A stretch of 64,000 nucleotides of DNA from an uncultured Actinomycetes bacterium (GTDB lineage Bacteria > Actinomycetota > UBA4738 > HRBIN12): contig CAWGTU010000003.1 in assembly GCA_963825635.1 (NCBI GenBank), forward strand, positions 779,812-843,811, read 5' to 3'. The translations under genes were made by a program, and so were the position numbers. Within the stretch, counting starts at the first letter, position 1; each line of letters begins with the position of its first letter. The notes under the pieces were generated by a model. That model was given only the letters and a program-made list of their open reading frames with translations. It was not told the DNA's origin and made no database searches. Of the stretch, positions 38,612 through 47,758 are shown piece after piece.

Positions 38612-38975
38612 GACTGTGATCCGTGACGTGATGAGCACCGACCTCACGATCGTGCCGCCGAACACCACGATCGCTGATGCCGCGACGACGATGAGCACCC
38701 ATCAGGTGGGCAGCGCGCTCGTGCTCGATGGCGACCGCCTCGTCGGCATCTTCACCGAGCGCGACGTGCTGCGTGCCGTGGGCTCGGACTTCGACGCCGA
38801 GCATCATGCGGTGAGCGAGTTCATGACGAAGGACCCGAAGACGATCGGGCCACAGGTCGATGCGCACGAGGCGCTCGAATCGATGTTCGCGTTCGGGTTC
38901 CGCCATCTGCCGGTCGTCGACGAGGGGCGGGTGGTGGGCATCGTCTCGATGCGCGACGTCACCAGGCGGGCCTGA
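38610..38975 (+). CDS. CBS domain pair protein
   Basis: Two CBS motifs (VMSTDLTIVPPNTTIADAA..., ...VSEFMTKDPKTIGP...LPVVDEGRVVGIVSMRDV). The start may be at a downstream GTG/ATG (38628/38631). Confidence 0.7.
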   Translation: MTVIRDVMSTDLTIVPPNTTIADAATTMSTHQVGSALVLDGDRLVGIFTERDVLRAVGSDFDAEHHAVSEFMTKDPKTIGPQVDAHEALESMFAFGFRHLPVVDEGRVVGIVSMRDVTRRA

Positions 38976-39009
38976 ACGGGTCGAACACCGTCGACGGTGC
39001 CTGCGTTCC

Positions 39010-39201
39010 TCAGAACCCGGCCTTCGAGTCCTTGCTCGGCATCTCGTCGGCTATCTCCTTCAGTGCCTCGTGTACCGAGCGGAAGACCTCCGCCACGAAC
39101 GACGCCTGCTGTCCTTCGTTGCCGGTCATCGTTCCTCGCACCGCCGAAGCGGTGATCTCGCAGGCCTTCTCGAACACAGCCCAGTCGCTCTCGCGGGACA
39201 T
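39010..39201 (-). CDS. hypothetical small protein (63 aa)
   Basis: ORF from MSRESDWAVFEKACEITASAVRG... No family was recognised. Confidence 0.3.
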   Translation of the reverse strand: MSRESDWAVFEKACEITASAVRGTMTGNEGQQASFVAEVFRSVHEALKEIADEMPSKDSKAGF

Positions 39202-39287
39202 GCGGTCTCCTCCGTGTGGTCGTGATGGTGATAGGCGCGGTGGCGATGTCACCGGCGCCGACCTGACCTCAGGCTACCTGAGGGTGA

Positions 39288-40463
39288 TCACTCGAACGCC
39301 CGCGAGCCGGTCAGGGCCGCCCCGACGATCAGCGTGTGGATCTCCTCGGTGCCCTCGTAGGTGATCACCGACTCGAGGTTGTTCATGTGCCGGATCACCG
39401 GCGCGTCGAACGTGATGCCGGTGGCCCCCAGGAGCGAGCGGGCGTCCCGCGCGATCGCCAGGGCCGCTCGGGCGTTGTGCAGCTTCGTCATGCTGACCTG
39501 CTCGAACGTGACCCGACCGGCGTCCTTCAGCCGCCCGAGCTGCAGCGCCATCAACGACCCCGCGTTCACCGCGATCGCCATCTCGACCAGCTTGCGTTGC
39601 ACCAGCTGGAAGGCGCCGATCGGCTTGCCGAACTGCACGCGGCTCGTCGCGTGGTCGAGCGCCGCCTCGTAGCAGGCGCGCGCCGCCCCCATCGCCCCCC
39701 AGGCGATGCCGAACCTCGCCTCCGTGAGGCACGAGAGCGGCCCCTTGATGCCCTCGATCCCGGGCAGCACCGCCTCGGCCGGCAGACGCACGTCGCGCAG
39801 CGAGAGCTCCGAACGCGCCGCGGCCCGCAACGACCACGCGTGTTCGAGCGGCGAGAACTCGACGCCGGGCGCGTCGCTCGGCACCACGAACCCCCGGATC
39901 ACGTCACGCTCGTCCTTGGCCCACACGATCGCGACGTCGCTCACCCATCCGTTCGTGTTCCACTTCTTGTGCCCGGCGAGCACCCAGTCCGAGCCGTCAC
40001 GCACGGCCCTGGTCGTCATGCTCGACGGGTCCGAGCCCGACCCCGGCTCGGTGAGCGCGAAGCACCCGATCGCGTCGCCGCGTGCCATGCGCGGCAGCCA
40101 CTCCTCGCGCTGCGCCTCGCTGCCGTAGGTGCGGATCGGGAACATCGCCAGCGACCCCTGCACGCTCACGAACGATCGCAGGCCCGAGTCCCCGTACTCG
40201 ACCTCGCGGTTGGCGACCCCGTACTCCACGGCGCTCGCGCCGGCACACCCGTACCCGTCGAGATGCATGCCGAGGATGCCGAGTTCGCCGTAGCCGCGGG
40301 CGAGCTCCACCGGGAACTCGCCACGCTCGAACCACCCCTCGATGAACGGCAGCACGTGCTCGGCCGTGAAGGCGCGCACCCGATCGCGCACGGCTGCCTC
40401 CCCCGCTGTGAGCAGGCCGTCGACGTCGAGGAAGTCCAACGGGTCGCGCGGCGTCGTGGGCAT
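39288..40463 (-). CDS. acyl-CoA dehydrogenase (glutaryl-CoA dehydrogenase-like)
   Basis: ACAD N-terminal/middle domains (CFALTEPGSGSD, YEGTEEIH). Paralogue of the 62489..63661 gene. Confidence 0.85.
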   Translation of the reverse strand: MPTTPRDPLDFLDVDGLLTAGEAAVRDRVRAFTAEHVLPFIEGWFERGEFPVELARGYGELGILGMHLDGYGCAGASAVEYGVANREVEYGDSGLRSFVSVQGSLAMFPIRTYGSEAQREEWLPRMARGDAIGCFALTEPGSGSDPSSMTTRAVRDGSDWVLAGHKKWNTNGWVSDVAIVWAKDERDVIRGFVVPSDAPGVEFSPLEHAWSLRAAARSELSLRDVRLPAEAVLPGIEGIKGPLSCLTEARFGIAWGAMGAARACYEAALDHATSRVQFGKPIGAFQLVQRKLVEMAIAVNAGSLMALQLGRLKDAGRVTFEQVSMTKLHNARAALAIARDARSLLGATGITFDAPVIRHMNNLESVITYEGTEEIHTLIVGAALTGSRAFE

Positions 40464-40581
40464 GGCCCAAGCCTACGGGTGCGTCGGGTGGGCAACTTCG
40501 GGCAGGATGTCGAGGACGGGACCGTCGCGTTCGTCGTATCGGTGAGCGCGACGGAAGGCCGTCGCGAGAGGAGGAGCGTCG

Positions 40582-40947
40582 ATGCAGTACATGCTGTTGA
40601 TCTACGGCGACATGAGCGCCTATCCGGAGATGAACGACGCGGAGCAGGCCGCCGAGATGAAGCGGTGGTACGACTACTCCGACTGGCTCGCCCAGAAGGG
40701 GTGGATGAAGGCCGGCGACGCCCTCGTCGGGGTCGAGCACGCGACGAGCGTGCGGGTGCGCGACGGGGAGCGCATCGTGACCGACGGCCCGTTCGCGGAG
40801 ACGAAGGAGACGCTCGGCGGCTACTACCTGCTCGAGGTCGACAACCTCGACGACGCGATCGAGGCCGCTGCCGAGTGCCCCGGCGCGCCGTACGGCACGA
40901 TCGAGCTGCGCCCGGTCATGGGACTACCGGAGCTGCCGCAGGCGTGA
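40582..40947 (+). CDS. YciI family protein (DGPF domain)
   Basis: MQYMLLIYGD...DGPFAETKE... is the canonical YciI-like protein. It lies directly upstream of, and translationally coupled to, the ECF sigma gene. Confidence 0.8.
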   Translation: MQYMLLIYGDMSAYPEMNDAEQAAEMKRWYDYSDWLAQKGWMKAGDALVGVEHATSVRVRDGERIVTDGPFAETKETLGGYYLLEVDNLDDAIEAAAECPGAPYGTIELRPVMGLPELPQA

Positions 40948-42167
40948 CCACGACCGCCGACGAGGTCGTCGATCGTCTGTTCCGGCGTGAGTCGGGGCGC
41001 GCGATCGCGACGTTGATCCGCACGGTCGGGAGCTTCGACCTCGCGGAAGACGCGGTCCAGGATGCCTTCGCGGTCGCGCTCGACCGATGGCCGCGCGACG
41101 GCGTCCCCGACAACCCGGGCGCGTGGATCACCACCACCGCCCGCAACCGGGCGATCGACCGCATCCGGCGCGAGCAGGTCGGCAGGACGAAGGCCGAGGC
41201 CGCGGAGCAGCTTCGGGCGCTGGAGGACTTGGACACCGACGAGATGCAGGAGATCCCCGACGAACGCCTGCGGCTGATCTTCACGTGCTGCCACCCGGCG
41301 CTGCCGATGGAATCGCGGGTGGCCCTGACGCTGCGCACCGTGGGGGGCCTCTCGACCCGCGAGATCGCCCGCGCATTCCTCTCCCCCGAGCCGACCGTCG
41401 CGCAACGGCTCGTGCGGGCGAAGCGGAAGATCCGCGAGGCGGGCATCCCCTACCGCGTGCCGCCTCGCGACCTGCTGGAGGAGCGTCTCGATGGGGTGCT
41501 CGCCGTGCTCTACCTCGTCTTCAACGAGGGGTACAGCGCCACGAGCGGCGACCTCGTGCGGATCGATCTCTGCGACGAGGCGATCTGGCTCGTTCGCATG
41601 GTCGACCGCCTGCTCCCGGACCGGCCCGAGGTGCAGGGGCTGCTGGCGCTCATGTTGCTGCAGCACTCTCGCCGCGACGCCAGGACCGACGCGGCCGGCG
41701 ATCTCGTGCTGCTCGAGGACCAGGATCGGGCGCGGTGGGACCACGACATGATCGACGAGGGCGTGGCCGTGCTCGACCGAGCGATCGCGCATCGTGCGCC
41801 CGGTCCGTACCAGCTGCAGGCGGCGATCGCGGCGCTGCACGCGCAGGCGCCGCGCCCCGATGACACCGACTGGCCCCAGATCGCCGGCCTCTACGGGGCG
41901 CTGGCGTCGACGACGCCCAGTCCCGTGGTCGAGCTGAACCGCGCCGTCGCCGTCGCGATGGCCGACGGTGCGGCGGCCGGCATGCCGCTGCTCGATGCGC
42001 TCGCCCCGGAGCTCGACGGATACCACCTGTTCCATGCCGCCCGCGCCGACCTGCTCCGGCGCCTGGACAGAGGCGCGGAGTCGACCGCGGCCTACCGGCG
42101 CGCGCTCGAGCTGGCGACGAACCCGGCGGAGCGCTCGTTCCTCGAACGGCGACTCGCACAGCTCTGA
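40944..42167 (+). CDS. RNA polymerase ECF sigma factor with long C-terminal extension (YciI-associated type)
   Basis: Sigma-70 region 2 (ITTTARNRAIDRIR), region 4 (TLRTVGGLSTREIARAF...VAQRLVRAKRKI) and a ~250-aa C-terminal extension. The GTG start overlaps the YciI stop (GTGA). Confidence 0.75.
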   Translation: MTTTADEVVDRLFRRESGRAIATLIRTVGSFDLAEDAVQDAFAVALDRWPRDGVPDNPGAWITTTARNRAIDRIRREQVGRTKAEAAEQLRALEDLDTDEMQEIPDERLRLIFTCCHPALPMESRVALTLRTVGGLSTREIARAFLSPEPTVAQRLVRAKRKIREAGIPYRVPPRDLLEERLDGVLAVLYLVFNEGYSATSGDLVRIDLCDEAIWLVRMVDRLLPDRPEVQGLLALMLLQHSRRDARTDAAGDLVLLEDQDRARWDHDMIDEGVAVLDRAIAHRAPGPYQLQAAIAALHAQAPRPDDTDWPQIAGLYGALASTTPSPVVELNRAVAVAMADGAAAGMPLLDALAPELDGYHLFHAARADLLRRLDRGAESTAAYRRALELATNPAERSFLERRLAQL

Positions 42168-42208
42168 GGACCGGAGCGCCCGGCCACGTGCGCTAGGGTT
42201 CTGCGTCG

Positions 42209-43624
42209 ATGCTCTTCCCCACGATCGACTTCGCGGTCTTCTTCGCCCTGGTGTTCCTGGGGCACTGGCTGCTGAACCCGAAACCGTTGCCCTGGAAGCT
42301 GTTCATGATCGGGGCGAGCTACGTCTTCTACGCCTGGTGGGACGTGCACTTCATCTGGCTGCTCGCCGGCGTGTCGGCGATCTCACAGCTGGGCGCGATC
42401 GCCGTGGCCCGCCAACCCGACGAGCGACGCAAGCGCGTCGCGATGGTCGCCGGCGTCACGCTCACCCTGCTGCCGCTGCTCTACTTCAAGTACTACGGAT
42501 TCTTCTCGCTGAACCTGACGAACGCGGCCGCAGAGCTCGGGCTCGAGAACCTCGGCCTGCCCCTCGTGCAGCTCATCTTGCCGGTCGGGATCTCCTTCTT
42601 CACGTTCATGGCGATCAGCTACATCGTCGATGTCTACCGCGGGCACACACGCGTCGCGAGCTGGATCGACGCGTTCCTGTACCTGTCGTTCTTCCCGCAC
42701 CTGGTGGCGGGGCCGATCGTGCGACCCGACGAGCTGATCCCCCAGCTCGACGTGCGGCGCGACCCCCGCCACATCGACGTCGCGGGGGCCTCGTGGCTGA
42801 TCGTCGGCGGACTCTTCAAGAAGGTCGTCGTCTCGAGCTTCCTCGCGACCACGATGGTCGACCCGGTGTTCGGCGATCCCGCGAGCCACTCGGCGATCGA
42901 CGCGCTCTTCGGCATCCTGGCGTACGCGATCGTGATCTATGCCGACTTCAGCGGGTACACCGACATCGCGATCGGCGTGGCGAAGCTGCTCGGGTTCCAG
43001 TTCCCGCAGAACTTCGATCGCCCGTACTCCGCGCGATCGCTGCAGGACTTCTGGCGCCGCTGGCACATCACCCTGTCGCGCTGGCTGCGCGACTACCTCT
43101 ACATCCCGCTCGGCGGGTCGAAGAAGGGAGAGATCCGCACCTACGTGAACATCGTGGTCACGATGGTGCTTGGCGGCCTGTGGCACGGCGCCGCCTGGAC
43201 GTTCGTCTTCTGGGGGCTCTACCACGGCATCGGCCAGGCGATCGGCGCATGGAAGCGAGCCCACCTGCCCGCGCGGACCGAGACCCCGCTGCTGCTGTGG
43301 GGCCAGCGGCTGTCGACGTTCGCGCTCGTCTGCGTGGGATGGGTCTTCTTCCGCGCCGACTCGATGGCCACGGCGTTCTCGCTGCTCGGCCGGCTCGTCA
43401 CGGGATGGACGACCCCGACCGAGCTCGTGACCCCCCTGGTGATCGGCACGATCGCGCTGATGCTGGCGTTGCAGTACGCACCGAGGGAGCCGGGCATGCT
43501 GCTGCAGGAGCGCATCTCACGGTGGCGCCCGGTGCCCATGGGGCTCGCCGGAGCCGCGGCCTTGTTCGTGATCACCACGCTCGGGCCGCAGGGCGTGGCA
43601 CCCTTCATCTACTTCCAGTTCTGA
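42209..43624 (+). CDS. MBOAT family O-acyltransferase (AlgI/DltB/PatA-like)
   Basis: 471 aa multi-TM protein with the conserved MBOAT His (DFWRRWHITLSRWLRDYLYIPLGG). Confidence 0.85.
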   Translation: MLFPTIDFAVFFALVFLGHWLLNPKPLPWKLFMIGASYVFYAWWDVHFIWLLAGVSAISQLGAIAVARQPDERRKRVAMVAGVTLTLLPLLYFKYYGFFSLNLTNAAAELGLENLGLPLVQLILPVGISFFTFMAISYIVDVYRGHTRVASWIDAFLYLSFFPHLVAGPIVRPDELIPQLDVRRDPRHIDVAGASWLIVGGLFKKVVVSSFLATTMVDPVFGDPASHSAIDALFGILAYAIVIYADFSGYTDIAIGVAKLLGFQFPQNFDRPYSARSLQDFWRRWHITLSRWLRDYLYIPLGGSKKGEIRTYVNIVVTMVLGGLWHGAAWTFVFWGLYHGIGQAIGAWKRAHLPARTETPLLLWGQRLSTFALVCVGWVFFRADSMATAFSLLGRLVTGWTTPTELVTPLVIGTIALMLALQYAPREPGMLLQERISRWRPVPMGLAGAAALFVITTLGPQGVAPFIYFQF

Positions 43625-43631
43625 GGACCAG

Positions 43632-44726
43632 ATGCCCGATACCCCGCACGAGAGGATGCCGACGCTGGAGCGGTTCGACCGCTTCGGCGAGGACGCCCGC
43701 ACACCGGTTCCTCGCGGACGCGTCACGATGCCGGCGGGACGGGTCCTGATCGTGCTGCTCGTCGCGCTGCTCGTGTGGGGGGCCTCGTACGCTCCGAGCC
43801 TCAAGCGCGCCTCCGAGGCACAGCCGCTCGGCACGCGGCGCACGGTCTCGCTGTGGGTGCTCCGGCCCGTCGCCGCGATCAGCGACTTCGTGCAGCTCAC
43901 CGCGCTGACGGATGGCGCGATCCGGGCGCTCGGCCGCGACCCGGACGAGGAGCCGGGAGGCGCGGTCGACGTGCCCGAGCCGGAGGATCTGCCGACGCTC
44001 GATCCCGACGTCTCGGTCTCACCCAAGCCCGACGAGCCGGTGGTGAAGAACACGAAGATCCGTCGACCGACCCCCAAGGACGAGCTGCGGGTCGCCGTGG
44101 TCGGGGACTCCCTCGCGGCGGGCCTCGGCGTCTACCTCGAGCGCGAGTTCCGGCCGGCGCTCGTGCGTCTGACCCGACAGGGCCGCATCTCGACGGGGCT
44201 GTCCCGCCTCGACTACTTCGACTGGATGACAGCGATGCGCCAGATCGAGAAGGGCTTCTCACCCGACCTCGTCGTCGTGATGATCGGCGACAACGACAAC
44301 CAGAGCCTGCAGACTCCGGGTGGCCAGGTGGTCGCCGAGATCGGTTCGTTCGAGTGGCCCAGGGGCTACGAGAAGCGCGTCGAGGAGTTCACGAGGATCG
44401 CCGTCGACGGCGGCGCCCACGTCGCGTGGGTAGGACTGCCGATCGTGCAGCGCAAGGAGCGCTGGGACGTGATGCAGCGTCAGAACGCGATCTACGAACG
44501 CGTGGTCGACGCGGCCCCGAACGCCATCTACGTCGACACGTGGGACCGGTTCGCCACCCGCGACGGCCAGTACACCCCGTTCTACTGGGAGGGCGGCAAG
44601 GCCGAGCTGGTCCGCGCTCCCGACGGGCTGCACTTCACCCCACGCGGCTACGAGCTACTCGCCCACGCGGTCACCGACGCCGTGGTCGAGTCCTTCCGCC
44701 TGATGCCGAACGCCCTCAACGACTGA
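43632..44726 (+). CDS. SGNH/GDSL-fold hydrolase family protein (DUF459/AlgX-AlgJ-like partner of MBOAT)
   Basis: N-terminal TM anchor and SGNH block I (VAVVGDSLAAG). DxxH near the C-terminus (APDGLHFT). Immediately downstream of the MBOAT gene. Confidence 0.7.
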   Translation: MPDTPHERMPTLERFDRFGEDARTPVPRGRVTMPAGRVLIVLLVALLVWGASYAPSLKRASEAQPLGTRRTVSLWVLRPVAAISDFVQLTALTDGAIRALGRDPDEEPGGAVDVPEPEDLPTLDPDVSVSPKPDEPVVKNTKIRRPTPKDELRVAVVGDSLAAGLGVYLEREFRPALVRLTRQGRISTGLSRLDYFDWMTAMRQIEKGFSPDLVVVMIGDNDNQSLQTPGGQVVAEIGSFEWPRGYEKRVEEFTRIAVDGGAHVAWVGLPIVQRKERWDVMQRQNAIYERVVDAAPNAIYVDTWDRFATRDGQYTPFYWEGGKAELVRAPDGLHFTPRGYELLAHAVTDAVVESFRLMPNALND

Positions 44727-44740
44727 GCCCGTCCGCGGCC

Positions 44741-46128
44741 TCAAACCTGGATCGGCACCTCGGGGAGGTTCGCGAGCGCAGCGTCCTCGTCGGCGGCGTC
44801 GAACTCGAGGTCGGGCAGCTTGCCGGCGAGGTAGTCGTCGTAGGCCTGCATGTCGAAGTGTCCGTGCCCGCAGAGATTGAACAGGATCACGCGCTCTTCA
44901 CCGGCTTCCTTCGCTGCCACGGCCTCGTCGATCGCGCCCTTGACCGCGTGGTTCGCCTCGGGCGCCGGCAGGATGCCCTGCGTCTTCGCGAACAGCAGCC
45001 CCGCCTCGAACGTCTCGTTCTGCGTGTACGCCACCGCGTCCATGTGCCCGTGCTTGACCAGCAACGACAACGAGGGCGAGTCGCCGTGGTACCGCAGCCC
45101 GCCGGCGTGAACCGGCGCCGGCACGAAGTCGTGGCCCAGCGTGTACATCGGCACGATCGGTGAGATCTGCGCCGTGTCGCCGTAGTCGTAGGCGAACCGC
45201 CCCTTCGTCAGCGTGGGACACGCCGCGGGCTCGGTCGCGAGGAAGCGCATGTCGGGCGTCTCGCCGCGTAGCTTCCCGGCCATGAAGGGGTAGGAGATGC
45301 CGGCGTAGTTCGAGCCGCCGCCGACGCAGCCCACCACGACGTCGGGGCGCTCGCCCGCCATCTCCATCTGCTGCTGCGCTTCGAGGCCGATCACGCTCTG
45401 GTGCAGCAGCACGTGGCCGAGCACGCTGCCGAGCGCGTAGTTCGTGTCGTCGTGGGTCGCGGCGTCCTCGACGGCCTCGCTGATCGCGATGCCGAGGGAA
45501 CCCGTCGAGTCGGGATGCGCCTCGCGGATCGCGCGGCCGCTGTTCGTCTTGTCGCTCGGCGACGCGACGACGCTGGCTCCGAACGTCTCCATGAACACCC
45601 GCCGGTATGGCTTCTGGTCGTAGGACGCCTTCACCATGTACACGTCGCACTCGAGGCCGAACATCTGGCAGGCGAGCGCCATGGCCGAGCCCCACTGCCC
45701 CGCGCCCGTCTCGGTCGCGATGCGCCGGATGCCGGCTTCCTTGTTGAAGTACGCCTGCGGCACAGCCGTGTTCGGCTTGTGGCTGCCCGCCGGCGAGACG
45801 CCCTCGTACTTGAAGTAGATGTGGGCGGGTGTGTCGAGTGCCTGCTCGAGCCGGGTCGCGCGGAACAACGGCGACGGCCTCCAGAGCCGGTAGACGTCGA
45901 TCACCTCGCCCGGGATGTCGATCCACTCGTCGGTGGAGACCTCCTGGCCGATCAGCGACATCGGGAACAGCGGCGCGAGGTCGTCGGGGCCGATCGGCTG
46001 CTTCGTCTGCGGGCTCAGCGGGGGCAGCGGCTCGATGCCCGACTTCACGATGTCGGGCATGATGTTGAACCACGCCGTCGGGATCTGATCGGGCTGCAGG
46101 TCGAATCGGGTCCGGACGTCGCTCATCG
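44741..46128 (-). CDS. TrpB-like PLP-dependent enzyme (tryptophan synthase beta-like, TrpB2 type)
   Basis: PLP-Lys region [10 protein letters not shown] and the GGGSN loop are present. GAGGAGG RBS precedes the ATG ending 46128. Confidence 0.8.
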
Positions 46129-46166
46129 TGGTGCCTCCTCGCGCGGGTGTGAACCGGGCCGCGAGC

Positions 46167-46493
46167 CTACCCCTCACCCGGACGCGTCGCCACCTCGACC
46201 CAGCCCTCGACCTCGCGGGCCCGGAAGATCGGCAGCGGGTCGGCGGCGGGGCCCTCGATCGGCTCGCCGTTCTCCACGTCGAACACGCTGCCGTGGCACG
46301 GGCACTCGACCGTCGCGGCGCGGTCGTCGAACTCGCCTTCGGCGAGCGAGCACCCCTGGTGCGTGCACTCGTCGCCGAACGCGTAGAGGTTCGCCTCGAT
46401 GTGGGCCACGGTGACCCGTCCGGCGGGGGTGTCGTAGGCCCGCATCTCGCCCTCGGGGATCTCGCCGAGCGCCCCCACCCTCACGTACTCCAT
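46167..46493 (-). CDS. Rieske (2Fe-2S) domain protein
   Basis: CTHQGC...CPCHGS Rieske motifs. Start at MEYVRVGAL. Confidence 0.7.
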   Translation of the reverse strand: MEYVRVGALGEIPEGEMRAYDTPAGRVTVAHIEANLYAFGDECTHQGCSLAEGEFDDRAATVECPCHGSVFDVENGEPIEGPAADPLPIFRAREVEGWVEVATRPGEG

Positions 46494-46512
46494 CGACGTG
46501 CTCCCTTTCCGG

Positions 46513-47172
46513 TCAGGCCCGCGATAGCGCGGTGAATCCACGCTGCACCACCGTGAACACCCCCAGCGTCGCGAGCACGATCAGCGCCGGGAACATCATG
46601 CCGGGGATCAGCAGCCCGATCATGAGCGCGAGCATCCGCTCGAGGCGTTGGAACAGCCCTTCGCTGAGGCTGATGCCGACGGCCTCGGCCTCGGCGCGGA
46701 TCTGACTCACCCCGAGGCTGACGATCAGCGTGAGCAGCGCGAGCCCCGCCTGCACCATCTCGCCCTGCGCGGCCAGGTTCCAGAACAGGCACGAGAACAG
46801 GATCATGTCCGAGACGCGGTCGAGCACCGAGTCCATGAACGCGCCCGACCGCTTCTCCTCGCCTCGGTGACGTGCCACCGAGCCGTCGAAGACGTCGAGC
46901 AGGCTCCCGACGATCAGCAGGAAGCCGGCCACGAGCCAGTTCCCGACCACGATCTGCCACCCTGCGAGCACGATGAAGACCGGGGACAGCAGCGTGAGCT
47001 GCCACGGCCGCACCCCGGTCCAGATCAAGAACGCGAGGATCGCCCGGTAGGGCCAGGCGAGCAGGCGCTGCATCGCGCCGCCGGCGGCGCTCTCGTTCTT
47101 GCGGGGCGGCGGCATGTCCCGCACCCGAGGTGCCTCCCGCTCGGATCGGTCCGCGTGCTCCTCGTTCGTCAC
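46513..47172 (-). CDS. CDP-alcohol phosphatidyltransferase family protein
   Basis: Signature D-G-x2-AR-x8-G-x3-D-x3-D is present (DVFDGSVARHRGEEKRSGAFMDSVLDRVSD). Confidence 0.7.
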   Translation of the reverse strand: MTNEEHADRSEREAPRVRDMPPPRKNESAAGGAMQRLLAWPYRAILAFLIWTGVRPWQLTLLSPVFIVLAGWQIVVGNWLVAGFLLIVGSLLDVFDGSVARHRGEEKRSGAFMDSVLDRVSDMILFSCLFWNLAAQGEMVQAGLALLTLIVSLGVSQIRAEAEAVGISLSEGLFQRLERMLALMIGLLIPGMMFPALIVLATLGVFTVVQRGFTALSRA

Positions 47173-47199
47173 TAGTCCATTCCAGACTAGTTCGCAGGT

Positions 47200-47739
47200 C
47201 TACCCCGCGAACGGTTCGAAGCTCACGACCACGTACCGCACGGTCCCCGCGGGGGCCTCGTAGGCGACCTCCTGCTTCGCGGCGGCGCCCACCAACGCCG
47301 CCCCGAGCGGAGACGTCGTGGTCACGGTGCGCGCCCCGGGGGCCTTCTCCTCGGCGTGCTCGGCGAGCAGGTACGTCTCCTCGTCGTCGTCGTCGTCGTC
47401 CACGGGCCGGAGCGTGACGAGCATGCCGGGTCCGATCTCGTCGGCGTGCTCGGGGGTCTCCACGATCTCGGGGTCGCGCAGCATGTGCTGCAGCTTGCGG
47501 ATCTTCGACTCCATCAGGCCCTGCTCGTCCTTCGCGGCGTGGTACTCGGCGTTCTCCTTGAGGTCGCCGTGCTCGCGCGCGACCTTGATCTTCTCGGTGA
47601 TGCGCTCCCGGCCGTGCGTCGTCATCTCCTCGAGCTCGGCCTTGATGCGCAGGTACGCGTCGAGGGTGAGGGTGGCGGTGGGCTCCTGTCCGGCCGCGCG
47701 GGCGGGACGGTTCTTCAGCTCCTCGGGCAGCTCAGGCAT
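47200..47739 (-). CDS. greA: GreA/GreB family transcription elongation factor
   Basis: N-terminal coiled-coil with the acidic tip (HGDLKENAEYHAAKDEQ) and a C-terminal FKBP-like domain. Confidence 0.8.
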   Translation of the reverse strand: MPELPEELKNRPARAAGQEPTATLTLDAYLRIKAELEEMTTHGRERITEKIKVAREHGDLKENAEYHAAKDEQGLMESKIRKLQHMLRDPEIVETPEHADEIGPGMLVTLRPVDDDDDDEETYLLAEHAEEKAPGARTVTTTSPLGAALVGAAAKQEVAYEAPAGTVRYVVVSFEPFAG

Positions 47740-47758
47740 GTCGCGAGTGTACCGATGG

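Noticed and set aside
39336-42167. 943-aa ORF treated as one protein
   Set aside because: Only the last ~407 codons (from GTG 40944) are the ECF sigma factor. The upstream part is antisense to the ACAD gene and out of context with the YciI gene.
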